From NCBI RefSeq assembly GCF_009914755.1, contig NC_060927.1: a stretch of 64,000 nt of DNA; one strand, written 5' to 3'. Origin of the DNA: the human T2T-CHM13v2.0 reference genome, Homo sapiens. Under the pieces are notes generated by a model. It saw nothing but the letters and a program-made list of their open reading frames with translations. It made no database searches and was not told where the DNA came from. This document shows, one piece after another, positions 29,691-45,340 of the stretch; the stretch's first letter is position 1, and every line of letters starts with the position of its first letter. The position numbers and the translations under genes are program-made.

Positions 29691-30900
29691 CATCCTTTTT
29701 ATAATACATTAATGTCTACATTATTCTTGCTGGCATAAATAACTTCTTGTATTTGATTAAAAGTTATACACAGGCTCTTAGTATTTTTATGAAAACAGTG
29801 CCATTCCTATTAATTCTAATTAATTTAGATTAGATTGTCTACAGACACAGATAAGAACAAGCAGTGTTTTTTTCTCATGCTCAAGAGGTTTATAGACTCA
29901 GTGGCTTAACTAAAGAAATCCTTGAAAAATCTATTGTATCTTTTTCCTTTCCAATCTTTCCAAAGTCCTTTGGAATTAGTAAGCCAATGTTTCCCTCTCT
30001 AATTCCCTCCCAAACTCCCACAGCAGATACTAAGATGCTGAAGGAAATCATTTTACTAAGTATCATGTGTTTGGGAAGCCAAGGCAGTGGACAGGCCCTC
30101 TCAGCTAGGCATGCTCCAGCAGTGTGACCACAGGCCTCGATGAGAGGAATGCCAGTAGGCCCGGGCCTTACAAGATAGGTTTCCATGGTAACACCAGTTT
30201 TTTACCGTTTCATATAGTCACTCTTATGAATGCTTAAAATATTATAGCAACATCTATTCTGCTCTTTTCATTAATTCTGTATAAAAGCTTCTGTACCAAT
30301 ATAATTCAAAATAGATCACATCATTATAAACAAATTTACTTATCCCTATATGGTTTTTAAAAACTAATGCAGAAAAAATCCTTGACACTGACCGCACTTA
30401 CAACACAAAACTCTGATCATTGTAAAGAATATTGGATAGATTTCAAAATACAATTTCTCAGTACATTTATTTAGAATATCTGTTCATTTACATTCCTTCC
30501 CACCATCATTGCAAACAAGAACTCTTGAATAAGTTTTTCAAGACAATGAAAACAAGTTGAAAGAGAGCAGCTTCTTTTGGCAACAAATTTTTAGTGTTCA
30601 TGATGTATGCGGAATCTTAAAGAGTTTGTTACTGTATCTTTAGGATAGTAACAATACGCTGGTTAAATTATCCTGGTTAAACCATATTTAGAAGAAAATG
30701 CTTAATACTCCCAGTAAACACTATGCCTCCCATTATTATGAAAGTGTTTACTTTATCCCTTAGAACAGTGTTAAAGATGACATCTTCAGATTTCTAAAAA
30801 CTGAAAGTTAAACTAAATTTTCACTAGCTGGATGCCATTCTAGATACTCTTCTCCAAACGCAATGAAATTATTTCCAGTTTGCAAATCAAAGCCTTGCTC

Positions 30901-30927
30901 TGTGTGTGTGTGTGTGTGTGTGTGTGT
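30901..30927. repeat. (TG)13 microsatellite
   Basis: Direct read. Confidence 0.95.
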
Positions 30928-31784
30928 AAACTTTTCACTTTCAGAGATAATTGTAGCTTGAAATGTAGTTGAAATTCACAACTGTAGTACACTATCACAA
31001 CAAGGATATTGACATTGATACTGTCAAGATACAGAACATTTCCATCACCACAAGGATTCCTTCAGTTACCTTTTTATGGCAGTAACAACTTTCATCTTCC
31101 ACCTTGCCCTCTATCTTACAGGGCAGCCAATAATCAGTACTCCATTTCTTTAATTTTACAGTTAAATTATGTTATATAAATGAAGTCATGCAGCATGTAA
31201 CTTTTTGTTATTGGCTTTTTTTCAGTCAACATAATGCTGTCGTGGAGATGCATCCAAATTGTTACATGTATCAGTAGTTTGTTCCTTTTTCTTCCTAATA
31301 TTCCATGGTACAGATACATCACAGTACGTCTACCCACTGGAGGACGTTTGGACTGATTTCAGTTTTTGGCTACTATGAGTAAATAAACAAGTAAATACAC
31401 ATTTGTGTACAGGCTTTTGTGTGAACATGTCTTCATTTGCCTGGAAAAAATATCTAGGAGTGCAATTGCTGTGGTTGCATGTTTGGTTTTTTAAGATGCT
31501 CTCAAAGTATCTTCTAAAGTGGCTTTCCCATTTTACATTCCCATCAGCAATGTGTAAGTAAACCAGTTTCTCTGCATCCTTATCAGTATTTGGTGTTGTC
31601 ACAATTTTTTATTTCAATCATGCTGATATCTGTAGAGTGATAAATCATCATGGCTTAAATTTGTATTTTCCAAATGGCTAATGATATTGGACAATTTTTC
31701 ATGTGTTTATTTGCCATCTGTATATGCTCTTTGGTGAAATGTATCTTCATGTGTTTGCTCATTTTCTAATTGGAGTGTTTCTTA

Positions 31785-31863
31785 TTAGTTTGGTGCAAAA
31801 GTAATTGTGGTGTTGCCATTACTTTTAATGATGAAAACCGCAATTACTTTTGCACCAGCCTAA
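31785..31863. mobile_element. MADE1 MITE (Hsmar1/mariner derivative) with TA TSD
   Basis: 79-bp palindrome ttagtttggtgcaaaagtaattg...caattacttttgcaccagcctaa, with TA at 31783-84 and 31864-65. Confidence 0.95.
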
Positions 31864-32434
31864 TAACCTACTACTTTTACTGTTTAGCTTAGAGAGTTCT
31901 TTATACATTTTAGTTGGAATTTTTTTGTCAGACACATGGTTTGCAAATATTTTCTCCCAGAATCTTTTATCCTCTTAACAGGGTCTTTTACAAAGCAAAA
32001 GTTTTTAATTTTGATGAGGCCTGGTTTGTTAATTTTTCCTTTTATGGAAAGTGTTTTTCTTTTACAGATAGTGTTATTTTTGGTATCAAGTCTTGGAACT
32101 GTTGGCCTAGCCTAGGCCCCTAAGTTTATTTCCTATATTTTTCCAGAAAATTTTATAACTTTACATTTTACAATTGTTATTGATATATTATGAGGTAATT
32201 TCTATAAAAGTGTGAGATTTTGATCTAGCTTCAGTTTTTGACCCTAGATGTCCAATTGCTCCAGCACCATTTCTTGAAAAACGCTGTCCTTCCTTCATTG
32301 AATTGCCTTTGCACCCCTGTGAAAAACCACTTGGGCATTCAATGTTTGTGTAGGTCTATTTCTAGGTTCTCTGTTCTGCCCCACTGATCTATCCTTCGGC
32401 AATACCATACAGTCTTGATTATGGAACCTATATA

Positions 32435-32768
32435 CAGGTTAATCATCCCTAATCCAAAACTCTGGAATCCAAAATGCTCCAAAGTCTGAAATTTTCTGAG
32501 CATCAAACATGATGCTACAAATGGAAAACCCCACACTTGACCTCATGAACACAAACTGTGTTTCATGCACAAAATTATTTAAAATATTCTGTAAAATTAC
32601 CTTCAGGCTATAAGGTATATATGAAACATAAATCAATTTTGTGTTGAGACTTGGGTCTCATCCCCAAGATATCTTATTAGGTATATGCAAATGTTTCAAA
32701 GTCTGAAAACATTCAAAATCTGAAACATCTCCAGTCCCAAGCATTTTGAACTAGGGATACTCAACCTG
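32435..32768. mobile_element. Tigger4b/MER46-like Tc1-pogo MITE
   Basis: TIRs caggttaatcatccct ... agggatactcaacctg, preceded by TA, with typical atccaaaatgctccaaa internal sequence. Confidence 0.85.
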
Positions 32769-33534
32769 CAGTAAGATTTATCCCATTTCATTCTTCTGTT
32801 TCAAATTATTTTAGCTAACCTAAGTTCTTTAACTTCATGCTATATGAATTTTAGAATAATCTTATGTACATACATACAAATCTTACTAGTATTTTGATGA
32901 TAATTATTTTAAACCTATGTATCAATTTGAGGAAAATTGACATCTTTACTATGCTGAGTCTTTTAACCCAGGAACATTTATTTAGATGATTTTTATTTCT
33001 TTCATTATATGGTTTAGCTCTAAGTTGACAAGTTATGTGTTATGTGTTTTGTTAGACTTATGCCTAAATATTTGATTTTTTTGAGTGACTAAAAACGATA
33101 TGGTATTTTAATTTTAATGTCCACATATTTATTGCCAGTATATAGAAACAAGATAATTATTTAACGTTGTTTTTGTATCTTCTGATCTTGCTAAACTCAC
33201 TTATTAGTTGTAGTTATTTCTTTTTGTTTTTGTTTGTGTGTGTGTGTTTGTGTATGTGTCTGGATTCCTTAAAATTTTCTGCTGTAAACAGTTATGTCAT
33301 GGGAAAATAGGGTAAGGTTTATTTCTTACTTTCTGTTCTGTATGCTTATTCTTATTTTTTCCTTTCTCTATTGCACTGGCTAGCACTTCCAGTGCTATGT
33401 TGAATAAGATGGGTGACAGCCAACAATTTTTCCTTGTTCTCAATCTTAAGTGGAAAATATTTAGTCATTTACTTAATTTTGCATTACGTATAATGTTAAC
33501 TATAGATATTTTTTGGATCTTCTTATTTGAACAT

Positions 33535-33910
33535 AAGACATTATTTGTCTTTTTCAACCTCATTCTCTCATAACTGTACAGTGGAGTTTTCCAGTAGCTA
33601 CATGATGTGCGATATTGCAACAAGTGAAATGTAGAAGCAAGAATGAAAAATCTAGCTACTTTCTATTAAGCCCAACATTAAAGAGATTTGCAAATTTGTA
33701 AAACGATGTCACTCTTTCACTAACTTATTTGATTGGGAAACTATAGTAATTGTTCATAAAAATATGCTGTGTAATTGCTTAAAGAATAAGAAATGTTTTA
33801 AATTTTATGAATTTTAATTTCTGATGTAGTAAATGTCTATAGATATAACCCACATAATCACTATAGTCTTTGAAGCCCTCGAGAAATTTTAAGATGGTAA
33901 TGGGTCTTTC
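33535..33910 (+). mobile_element. Charlie1-type hAT transposon relic (last ~35 bp resume at 38535-38570)
   Basis: tgtacagtggagttttccagtagctacatgatgtg...acattaaagagatttgcaaa...gatataacccacataa. It is homologous in reverse to 41266-41606. Confidence 0.75.
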
Positions 33911-37347
<3,437 letters not shown>

Positions 37348-38534
37348 ACCTGAAAATGACAGGGATAATGGAACTAAGATGGAAAACACTCTTCACGGTA
37401 TTATCCAGGAGAACTTCCTCAACCTAGCGAGGCAGGCCAACATTCAAATTCAGGAAATACAGAGAACACCACAAAGATACTCCTTGAGAAGAGCAACTCC
37501 AAGACACATAATTGCCAGATTCACCAAAGTTGAAATGAAGGAAAAAATGTAAAGAGCAGCCAGAGAGAAAGGTTGGGTTACCCACAAAGGGAAGCCCATC
37601 AGACTAACAGTGGATCTCTCAGCAGAAACTGTACAAGTGAGAAGAGAGTAGGGGCCAATATTCAACATTCTTAAAGAAAAGAATTTTCAACCCAGAATTT
37701 CATATCCAGCCAAACTAAGCTTCATAAGTGAAGGAGAAATAAAATACTTTACAGACAAACAAATGCTGAGAGATTTTGTCACCACCAGGCCTGCCTTACA
37801 AGAGCTCCTGAAGGAAGCACTAAACATGGAAAGGAACAACTGGTACCAGCCACTGCAAAACATGCCAAATTATAAAGACCATCAAGGTTAGGAAGAAACT
37901 GCATCAACTAACGAGCAAAATAACCAGCTAACATCATAATGACAGGATCAAATTCACACATAACAATATTAACCTTAAATGTAAATGGGCTAAGTGCTCC
38001 AATTAAAAGACACAGCCTGGAAAATTGGATAAAGAGTCAGGACCCATCAGTGTGCTGTATTCAGGAGACCCATCTCATGTGCAGAGACACACATAGGCTC
38101 AAAATAAAGGGATGGAGGAAGATCTACCAAGCAAATGGAAAACAAAAAAAAGCAGGGGTTGCACTCCTAGTCTCTGATAAAACAGACTTTAAACCAACAA
38201 AGATCAAAAGAGACAAAGAAGGCCATTACATAATGGTAAAGGGATCAATTCAACAAGAAGAGCTAGCTATTCTAAATATATGTGCACCCAATACAGGAGG
38301 ATGCAGATTCATAAAGCTATTCCTTAGAGACCTAGAAAGAGACTTAGACTCCCACACAATAATAATGGGAGACTTTAACACCCCACTGTCAACATTAGAC
38401 AGATCAACGAGACAGAAAGGTAACAAGGATATCCAGGAATTGAACTCAGCTCTGCACCAAGCAGACCTAATAGACATCTACAGAACTCTCTACCCCAAAT
38501 CAGCAGAATATACATTCTTCTCAGCACCACATCA
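37348..38534 (+). mobile_element. Inverted 5' segment of the same L1 (ORF1 3' half, inter-ORF, ORF2 endonuclease)
   Basis: ORF1 peptide ENTLHGIIQENFLNLARQANIQIQEIQRTP. ORF 37939-38562 MTGSNSHITILTLNVNGL...GDFNTPLS is the L1 APE endonuclease. It is bounded by the TSD shared with 33896-33910. Confidence 0.95.
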
Positions 38535-38839
38535 GTTAATGGGTCTTCCAAAAAGCTTCTGAGTCATTTCTTTAGGCTATCAGAGTCTTTAAAATTTACT
38601 AAAGTTGATATTTAATTTCTGATATTTGTCCTGAATGTAGGTATGTTGCTGGAGACATATAAATATGTTCCAGCAAATAGTTTTATAAATATTTGACTGA
38701 ATACTGTATCAGGGTATTTTCTGTGTACTTCTTATTAACCTTATCTTGAAAAATTGTGTTGTTGACTATGAATCTTCCCTTCCAAGTAATAAAAGGGCAA
38801 CACAACCAGAAAAAAAGATTTACTTTTAGAAACTTTATA

Positions 38840-38960
38840 TAACCAAACATACATTAAACAAATATTGAATGCCTGTTTTGTGTACTAGATTTATAGTAGT
38901 AATGAAAACAGACAAATGCTTGCTTTCATGGAGCTTGTCTTCTAGTTGCAGGAAAATGAA
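38840..38960 (-). mobile_element. L2 3' end fragment
   Basis: cattaaacaaatattgaatgcct...gctttcatggagcttgtcttctag. Confidence 0.55.
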
Positions 38961-39021
38961 AATAAATAAATAATAATATACCATGCACTGAAGGGCAAGT
39001 AGACATAGAAATTCATAGCCA

Positions 39022-39194
39022 GGCCAGGCATACTGGCTCACACTCATAATCCCAGCACTTGCAGAGACTGAAGCAGGGGGATCACTTGAGGCCAGGTGTT
39101 TGAGGCCAGTCTGGGAAACATAGCAAGACCCCCCATTTCTATTTTTTTAATTTTTAAAAAACATATAAAAATAAAATAGACATTTCTTTAAAGA
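39022..39194 (+). mobile_element. FLAM_C / Alu left monomer with degenerate ~15-bp TSD
   Basis: Single Alu monomer flanked by agaaattcatagcca (39007-39021) and agaaattcatggcta (39195-39209). Confidence 0.85.
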
Positions 39195-40441
39195 AGAAAT
39201 TCATGGCTAGTTGAGTTCTGTCTTGCTCAGGGAGTAAGAAGTCAAGGCATGGAAACCTTCTTCTGGAATTAAAGGCAGGGATAAATCATACTTCTACTTA
39301 TAGACTACAAATATTCGGGAGAATGTGTCACCTATTTCTGGGTCAAAGTGCTTTCCTTCTCTATTTTTCCTCAATCCTTTTTTCTTTGCTTTGCCTTGTA
39401 TGGAATGCTTACCAAGTTTGAACATTATTGTCAAGGTTCCTTCTAACAAGTGTATTGTTTAGTACATGTATAAGTGTACTAAAATGTGTATTATTGCACT
39501 AGAACATGTAACTGACCTCTACTCCTAAGGGAGTTAAAAACGAAAAAAGACATTCATTTGCATCAGGAAGTTATCCATCAACTTTTCCTTATCCTCTGAC
39601 TATTTTTAATGATGATACAGCAAACAGCCCCACATTTTTTTTATAAACAAAAATAGCAATCTTATGAAGAATGTGTTTCCTGCTGCTGTGAGAAACAGGG
39701 TCCTAGGTGGCATGCTGGCCTTAACTTGTTTGCATTTAGCCTTGTTCCAAGATAAGGAAAGATGCTGGAAATCATTCCTGCCACAGTCAACCACAGCCAA
39801 TGTCATGGCACCTGAAACCCAGCAAGAATAGGCAATGTGGCAAGCCAGAGTGTGCAGAAGGTCCCCTGGCTTAATAAACAACTGCCTTAAAATACCTCAT
39901 TAAGAAGTTGTTGTTGTTGTTGTTGTTGTTAATTTTGTGCATTCATTAGTATAATCATACACTTTTAATTTCTGGAATAACCTCAGGAAAAATACATATT
40001 GTTTCCTTCAGTGATAATCTAGTCTGGTGGATGATTCTCATGTTTATAACATTTCCCTACTCTGTAAATATTGTCACTAAGCATTTGGATGTGCTTAATT
40101 ATGTGAGTGAGAACATTTAAAGTGATAGTCATTTGGCATAATTTATGCAATAAAGAGAATGTTGTGAAAAACTGCTCTTGACTGGTCATTTTCCTTAACT
40201 CCACAATTAAAGCAGTCCTCTTACCTTTCAGATATTTCTCTTCTCTTCAGAAACACAGCATTGAGAGTGACTTCTTGGCTAAGTAAATTTTTCATATATT
40301 CTTTTTCCAATGATGTAGAACCCAGATATTTGTCTGAATATACTTAGATGTGAATGAAATGCATTAAGTGATTGTGGCCCCATAGAAATACAGCTTATTA
40401 ATTTTTTCTGTTGATAAAGATTCATTTCAGTGGCTACTATT

Positions 40442-40747
40442 TCTTGTTTTTTTTTAACTTTTCTTTTTTTATTACACTTTAAGTTCTAGGGTACACGCGC
40501 ACAATGTGCAGGTTTGTTACATATGTATAGATGTGTTGTGGTGGTTTGCTGCACCCATTAACTCGTCATTTACATTAGGTATTTCTCCTAATGCTATCCC
40601 TCCCCCAAGCCCCCACCCCGCAACAGGCCCTGGTGTGTGATGTTCCCTGCCCTGTGTCCAAGTGTTCTCATTGTTCATTTCCCACCAATGAGTGAGAACA
40701 TGTGGTGTCTGGTTTTCTGTCCTTGTGATAGTTTGCTCAGAATGATG
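40442..40747 (-). mobile_element. Short 5'-truncated L1PA (PA5/6-like) 3' end with perfect 18-bp TSD
   Basis: T-rich tail plus L1PA 3'UTR. atttcagtggctactatt occurs at 40424-40441 and 40748-40765. Confidence 0.95.
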
Positions 40748-41265
40748 ATTTCAGTGGCTACTATTCCAAAAATGATCTGATGGTATTCCCATATCCCAGT
40801 AGTCAATTATTCACTGTAATGTATTTATTGAGCCCTACTCTGTGCCAACCACAAAGCAATATTCTGGATTTCTGTGCCTGGTGCTGATAACCCATAGTGG
40901 TCATGCCTTGTTTATATCATTATGCAATTAATTCCCTACAATCATCATTTTCAAATTATGCTCAAAGAATTTTTAAGATATATCCTACTGTGTCACCTGT
41001 GGTGTGAGGACAGAAATTCAAATAGCTTAAATTCTGAGCCCTGTCTTGGTTGCTGTCCTTACTTTTAAATATTGGACTTTTATGTAAGATTTCATTCAAA
41101 GAAAGAATTGTAAATCTGACAGAAAAACCTCCTCTTCTGCCATAAACAAACTAGCAAGAAAAAAAGATACTTTCCCCAAATCAACCTATATTTATTTAAC
41201 ATTAGCCAATGTGCTAGATGATAAATTTTGCTAACCCAGAGAATTTAACAGGATTGACCTAAATT

Positions 41266-41606
41266 AGAGATTCTTAAGTGTTTTTATCACAGCACCCTTT
41301 ACAACTCTTAAAATTGTTAAGGAGCCAAAAGGGGTCTTTTAAAATGGAGAATTATTATCTATCAATGTTTATCTTATTAGATATTTTAATTTCTGAAAAA
41401 ACTTTAAAATATTTAATAATTTATTTTTAAGACAATACATGAATTTCATATTAACATTCATAAGCCATTTCTATGAAAAATAAATATATTTTCAAAACAA
41501 AAAATTAGTGAATGGCGTGATTTTCTATTTTTGCAAATCTCTTCAACATATGACACAACAGAAGAGTGCTAAATTCCTAAATCTGTTGCAGTATCACATG
41601 TCATGT
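41266..41606 (-). mobile_element. Charlie1b-like hAT relic, left part (interrupted by the provirus)
   Basis: Reverse homology to 33535-33910. It resumes colinearly at 49422. Confidence 0.75.
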
Positions 41607-42320
41607 TGAGAGGTGAAGCCAGTTGGACTTCCAGGGTCAAATGGGGACCTGGAGAACTTTTCTGTCTAGGTAAAGGTTTGTAAACGCACCAATCAGCATT
41701 CTGTAAAAATGCACCAATCAGCACTCTGTGTCTAGCTAAAGGTTTGTAAACGCACCAATCAGCACTCTGTAAAAATGGACCAATCAGCACCCGGTAAAAT
41801 GGACCAATCGGCGCTCTGTAAAATGGACCTATCAGCAGGACATGGGTGGGGCCAAATAAGGGAATAAAAGTTGGCCACCTGAGCCAGCAGCAGCAACCTG
41901 CTGGGGTCCCCTTCCATGCTGTGGAAGCTTTGTTCTTTTGCTCTTCACAATAAATCTTGCTGCTGCTCACTCTTTGGGTCCACACTACCTTTAAGAGCTG
42001 TAACACTCACTGTGAAGGTCTATGGCTTCACTCCTGAAGTCAGCGAGACCACGAACCCACTGGGAGGAACAAACAACTCCAGACGCACCACCTTTAAGAC
42101 TGTAACACTCACTGCGAAGGTCTGTGGCTTCACTCCTGAAGTGAAGCGAGACCACAAACCCACTGGAAGGAAGAAACTCCAGACACATCTGAACATCTGA
42201 AGGAACAAACTCCAGACACACCATCTTTAAGAACTGTAACACTCACTGCAAGGGTCTGTGGCTTCGTTCTTGAAGTCAGCGAGACCAAGAACCCACCTGA
42301 AGGAACCAATTCTGGACACA
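41607..42320 (+). promoter_or_regulatory. 5' LTR12 (714 bp), CCAAT/NF-Y-type U3 repeats
   Basis: tgagaggtgaagccag...tctggacaca, five intact CCAAT boxes, AATAAA motifs near 41863 and 41949. Confidence 0.93.
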
Positions 42321-42323
42321 TTT

Positions 42324-42341
42324 TGGTGACCCAGATGGGAC
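42324..42341 (+). other. Primer binding site, tRNA-Arg(CCG)-type
   Basis: TGGTGACCCAGATGGGAC immediately after the LTR. It differs by one CpG-type transition from the complement of the tRNA-Arg-CCG 3' end (TGGCGACCCAGATGGGAC, from recall). Confidence 0.85.
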
Positions 42342-43569
42342 TATCACCAAGCAGTGAGTACCATCGGACCCCTTTTGCTTGCTGTTCTGTCCTATTTTTC
42401 CTTAGAATTTGGGGGTAAATACCGGGCACCTGTCGGCAAGTTAAAAGCGACTAGCGCAGCCGCTGGACTAAAGACACGGGTGTCTGGCTTTCTGGGAAAG
42501 GGCTCTCTAACAACCCCCGGCTCTTCAGAGTTGGGAGCGTTGGTTTGCCTGGAACCAGCTTCTGTTTTTCCTATACTTCCAGGCTGAGCCAAGGGTCGAC
42601 AGAGAGGAAAGCCATTCTGCTCCAGGGTCCTGACAAGTTGGTTGACCCTGCGGCCATGAGCAGAATTCTCAAAGTCATGTTGCCCAAGCGAGACTCACCC
42701 ATCTATCCTATCTATCCTGACCCTTGCCTCCTGGGTCCTAATGCTTGTCAGACGAACTTCCTCTCGCCTCTCTTATCTGAGGCTAGTCTTGCTTCTAAAA
42801 ACCACTCCCTGTCTCTGGTGCTTTTCTAGTTTCTCCTATAGGAATGATTTCTAGTATGAACTTCAGGACTCTGTTACCTTCTTTAGGCACCCAGGCTCAC
42901 CAATCAGAAACACATAATTTTTGCCCAAAGCCCCATAGGTAGGTGGGGGGACTATCTGGAATTTTAGGATCCCTCCTCAGACTAGCAGGCCTAACAAAAG
43001 CTATTCCTGAAGTTAGGATATGGGGAACCTCAGAAATGATATCCTTCCTATACAAGTGAGAACAAAAGGCATTACTCTTCCAACCCTGGAGATCCCTTCC
43101 CTCCCTCAGTGTATGGTCCTCCTCTTCATTTTTGGGGCATAACATCTTTATAGGACAGGGGTAAAATCCCAATACTAACAGGAGAATGCTTAGGACTCTC
43201 AACAGGTTTTCAACAATGCATCAGTAAGGGCCACTAAATCTGATTTTTCTCAGTCCTCTTTGTGGTCTAGGAGGACAGGCAAGGGTGCAGGTTTTTGAGA
43301 ATGTGATGGTAAGGGCCACTAAAACCAACCTTCCTTGGTCCTCCTTGTGGTCTAGGAGGAAAACTAGTGTTTCTGCTGCTGCATCAATGAGTGCAACTAT
43401 TCCAATCAGCAGGGTCCAGGGACCATTGTGGGTTCTTGGGGAAGAGGTGTTTCCTCTGCTGTGTCAGTGAGCACAACTATTCCAATCAGCAGGGTCCAGG
43501 GACCATTGCAGGTTCTTGGGCAGGGGGAGAAACAAACAAACCAAAACCATGGGCGGTTTTGTCTTTCAG

Positions 43570-45010
43570 ATGGAAAACACTCAGGCATCACCCTTGAAAT
43601 GCATTCTAAGCCACTGGGACCAATTTGACCTGCAAAACCCTGAAAAAGAGGTGGCTCATATTTTTCTGCACTATGGCTTGCCCCAATATTCTCTCTCTGA
43701 TGGGGAAAAATGGCCACCTGAGGGAGGTATAAATTACAATACTATCCTGCAGCTTGACCTTTTCCGTAACAGGGAAGGCAAATGGAGTGAAATACCTTAT
43801 GTCCAAGCTTTCTTTTCATTGAAGGGGAATCCACAACTATGCAAAGCTTACAATTTACATCCCACAGGAGGACCTCTCAGCTTACCCCCATATCCTAGCT
43901 CCCCTTCCTATTAATGATAAGCCTCCTCTAATCTCCCCTGTCCAAAAGGAAATGAGCAAAGAAATCTCCAAAGGACCACAACCCCCCCCCCCCGGGCTAT
44001 CAATTATGTCCGCTTCAAGCTGTAGGGGGAGGGGAATTTGGCCCAACCCGGGCACATGTCCCCTTCTCCCTCTCTGATTTAAAACAGATCAAGGCAGACC
44101 TGGGGAAGCTTACAGATGATCCTGATAGGTATATAGATGTCCTACAGGGTCTAGGGCAAACCTTTGATCTTACTTGGAGAGATGTCATGCTATTGTTAGA
44201 TCAAACCCTGGCCTTTAATGAAAAGAATGCAGCTTTAGCTGCAGCCCAAGAGTTTGGAGATACCTGGTATCTTAGTCAATAAATGATAGAATGACAGCTG
44301 AAGAAAGGGACAAATTCCCTACTGGTCAGCAAGCCATCCCTAGTATGGATTCCTCACTGGGACCTCAACTCAGATCATGGGGACTGGAGTTGTAAACATC
44401 TGTTGACCTGTGTTCTAGAAGGACTAAGGAGAATTAGGAAAAATCCCATGAATTATTCAATGATGTCCACCATAACTCAGGGAAAGGAAGAAAATCCTTC
44501 TACCTTCCACGAGTGGCTATAGGAGGCCTTAAGAAAATATATTCCCCTGTCACCTGACTCATTAGAGGGTCAATTGATCCTAAAAGATAAGTTTATTACC
44601 CAATCAGCCACAGATATCAGGAGAAAGCTCCAAAAGTGAGCCCTGGGTCCTGAACAAAATCTAGATGCATTATTAAACCCGGCAACCTTGGTGTTCTATA
44701 ATAGGGATCAAGAGGAACAGGCTCAAAAGGAAAAGTGAGATCAGAGAAAGTCTGCAGCCTTAATCATGGCGCTAAGACAAACAAACCTTAGTGGTTCAGA
44801 GAGGACAGAAAATGGAGCAGGCCAATCACCCAGTAGGGCTTGTTATTAGTGTGGTTTACAAGGACACTTTAAAAAAGATTGTCCAGTGAGAAGCCACCCC
44901 CTCGTCCATGTCCGCTATGCCAAGGCAATCACTGGAAGGTGCGCTGCCCCAGAGTGCACTGGTTCTCTGGGCCAGAAGCCCCCAACCAAATGATCCAACA
45001 ACAGGACTGA
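43570..45010 (+). pseudogene. gag: HERV9 gag, multiple stops and frameshifts
   Basis: MENTQAS...WPPEGGINYNTILQLDLF, major-homology-region ITQGKEENP, zinc knuckles CY*CGLQGHFKKDC and CPLCQGNHWKVRC, and TGA at 45008-45010. Confidence 0.9.
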
Positions 45011-45340
45011 GGGTGCCCGGGGCAAGTGCCAGCTCATGTCATCACACTCACTGAGCCCCAGGTATGTTTAATCATTGAGGGCCAGGAAATTGACTTCCTC
45101 CTGGACAATGGCGGGGCTTTCTCAGTGTTAATCTCCTGTCCCAGACAGCTGTCCTCAAGATCCATTACCATCCAAGGAATTCTGGGACAGCCTGTAACCA
45201 GTTATTTCTCCCACCTCCTCCATTGTAATTGGGGGACTTTGCTGTTTTCACATGCCTTTCTTGTTATACCTGAAAGTCCCACACCCTTATTAGGGAGGGA
45301 CATATTAGCCAAAGATGGAGCTATTATCTACATGAATATG
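45011..45340 (+). pseudogene. pro: HERV9 protease, catalytic DTG changed to DNG
   Basis: ORF 45026-45631: IDFLLDNGGAFSVL ... PTPLLGRDIL. Confidence 0.88.

Larger units (their letters stand above)
30928..33530 (-). mobile_element. Old L1 (L1MC/L1MD-like), split by MADE1 and Tigger4b
   Basis: Antisense L1M 3'UTR (tatcacaacaaggatattgacattgatac) followed by ORF2-derived sequence. Confidence 0.8.

Noticed and set aside
37939-38562. 207-aa endonuclease ORF as a possible domesticated gene
   Set aside because: It is the truncated inverted L1 segment. It lacks the C-terminal EN motif region and runs into flanking DNA with no promoter evidence.
43200-43522. Paired direct repeats in the proviral leader
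   Set aside because: A normal feature of HERV9/HERV-W-type leaders as I recall, not specific to this locus.
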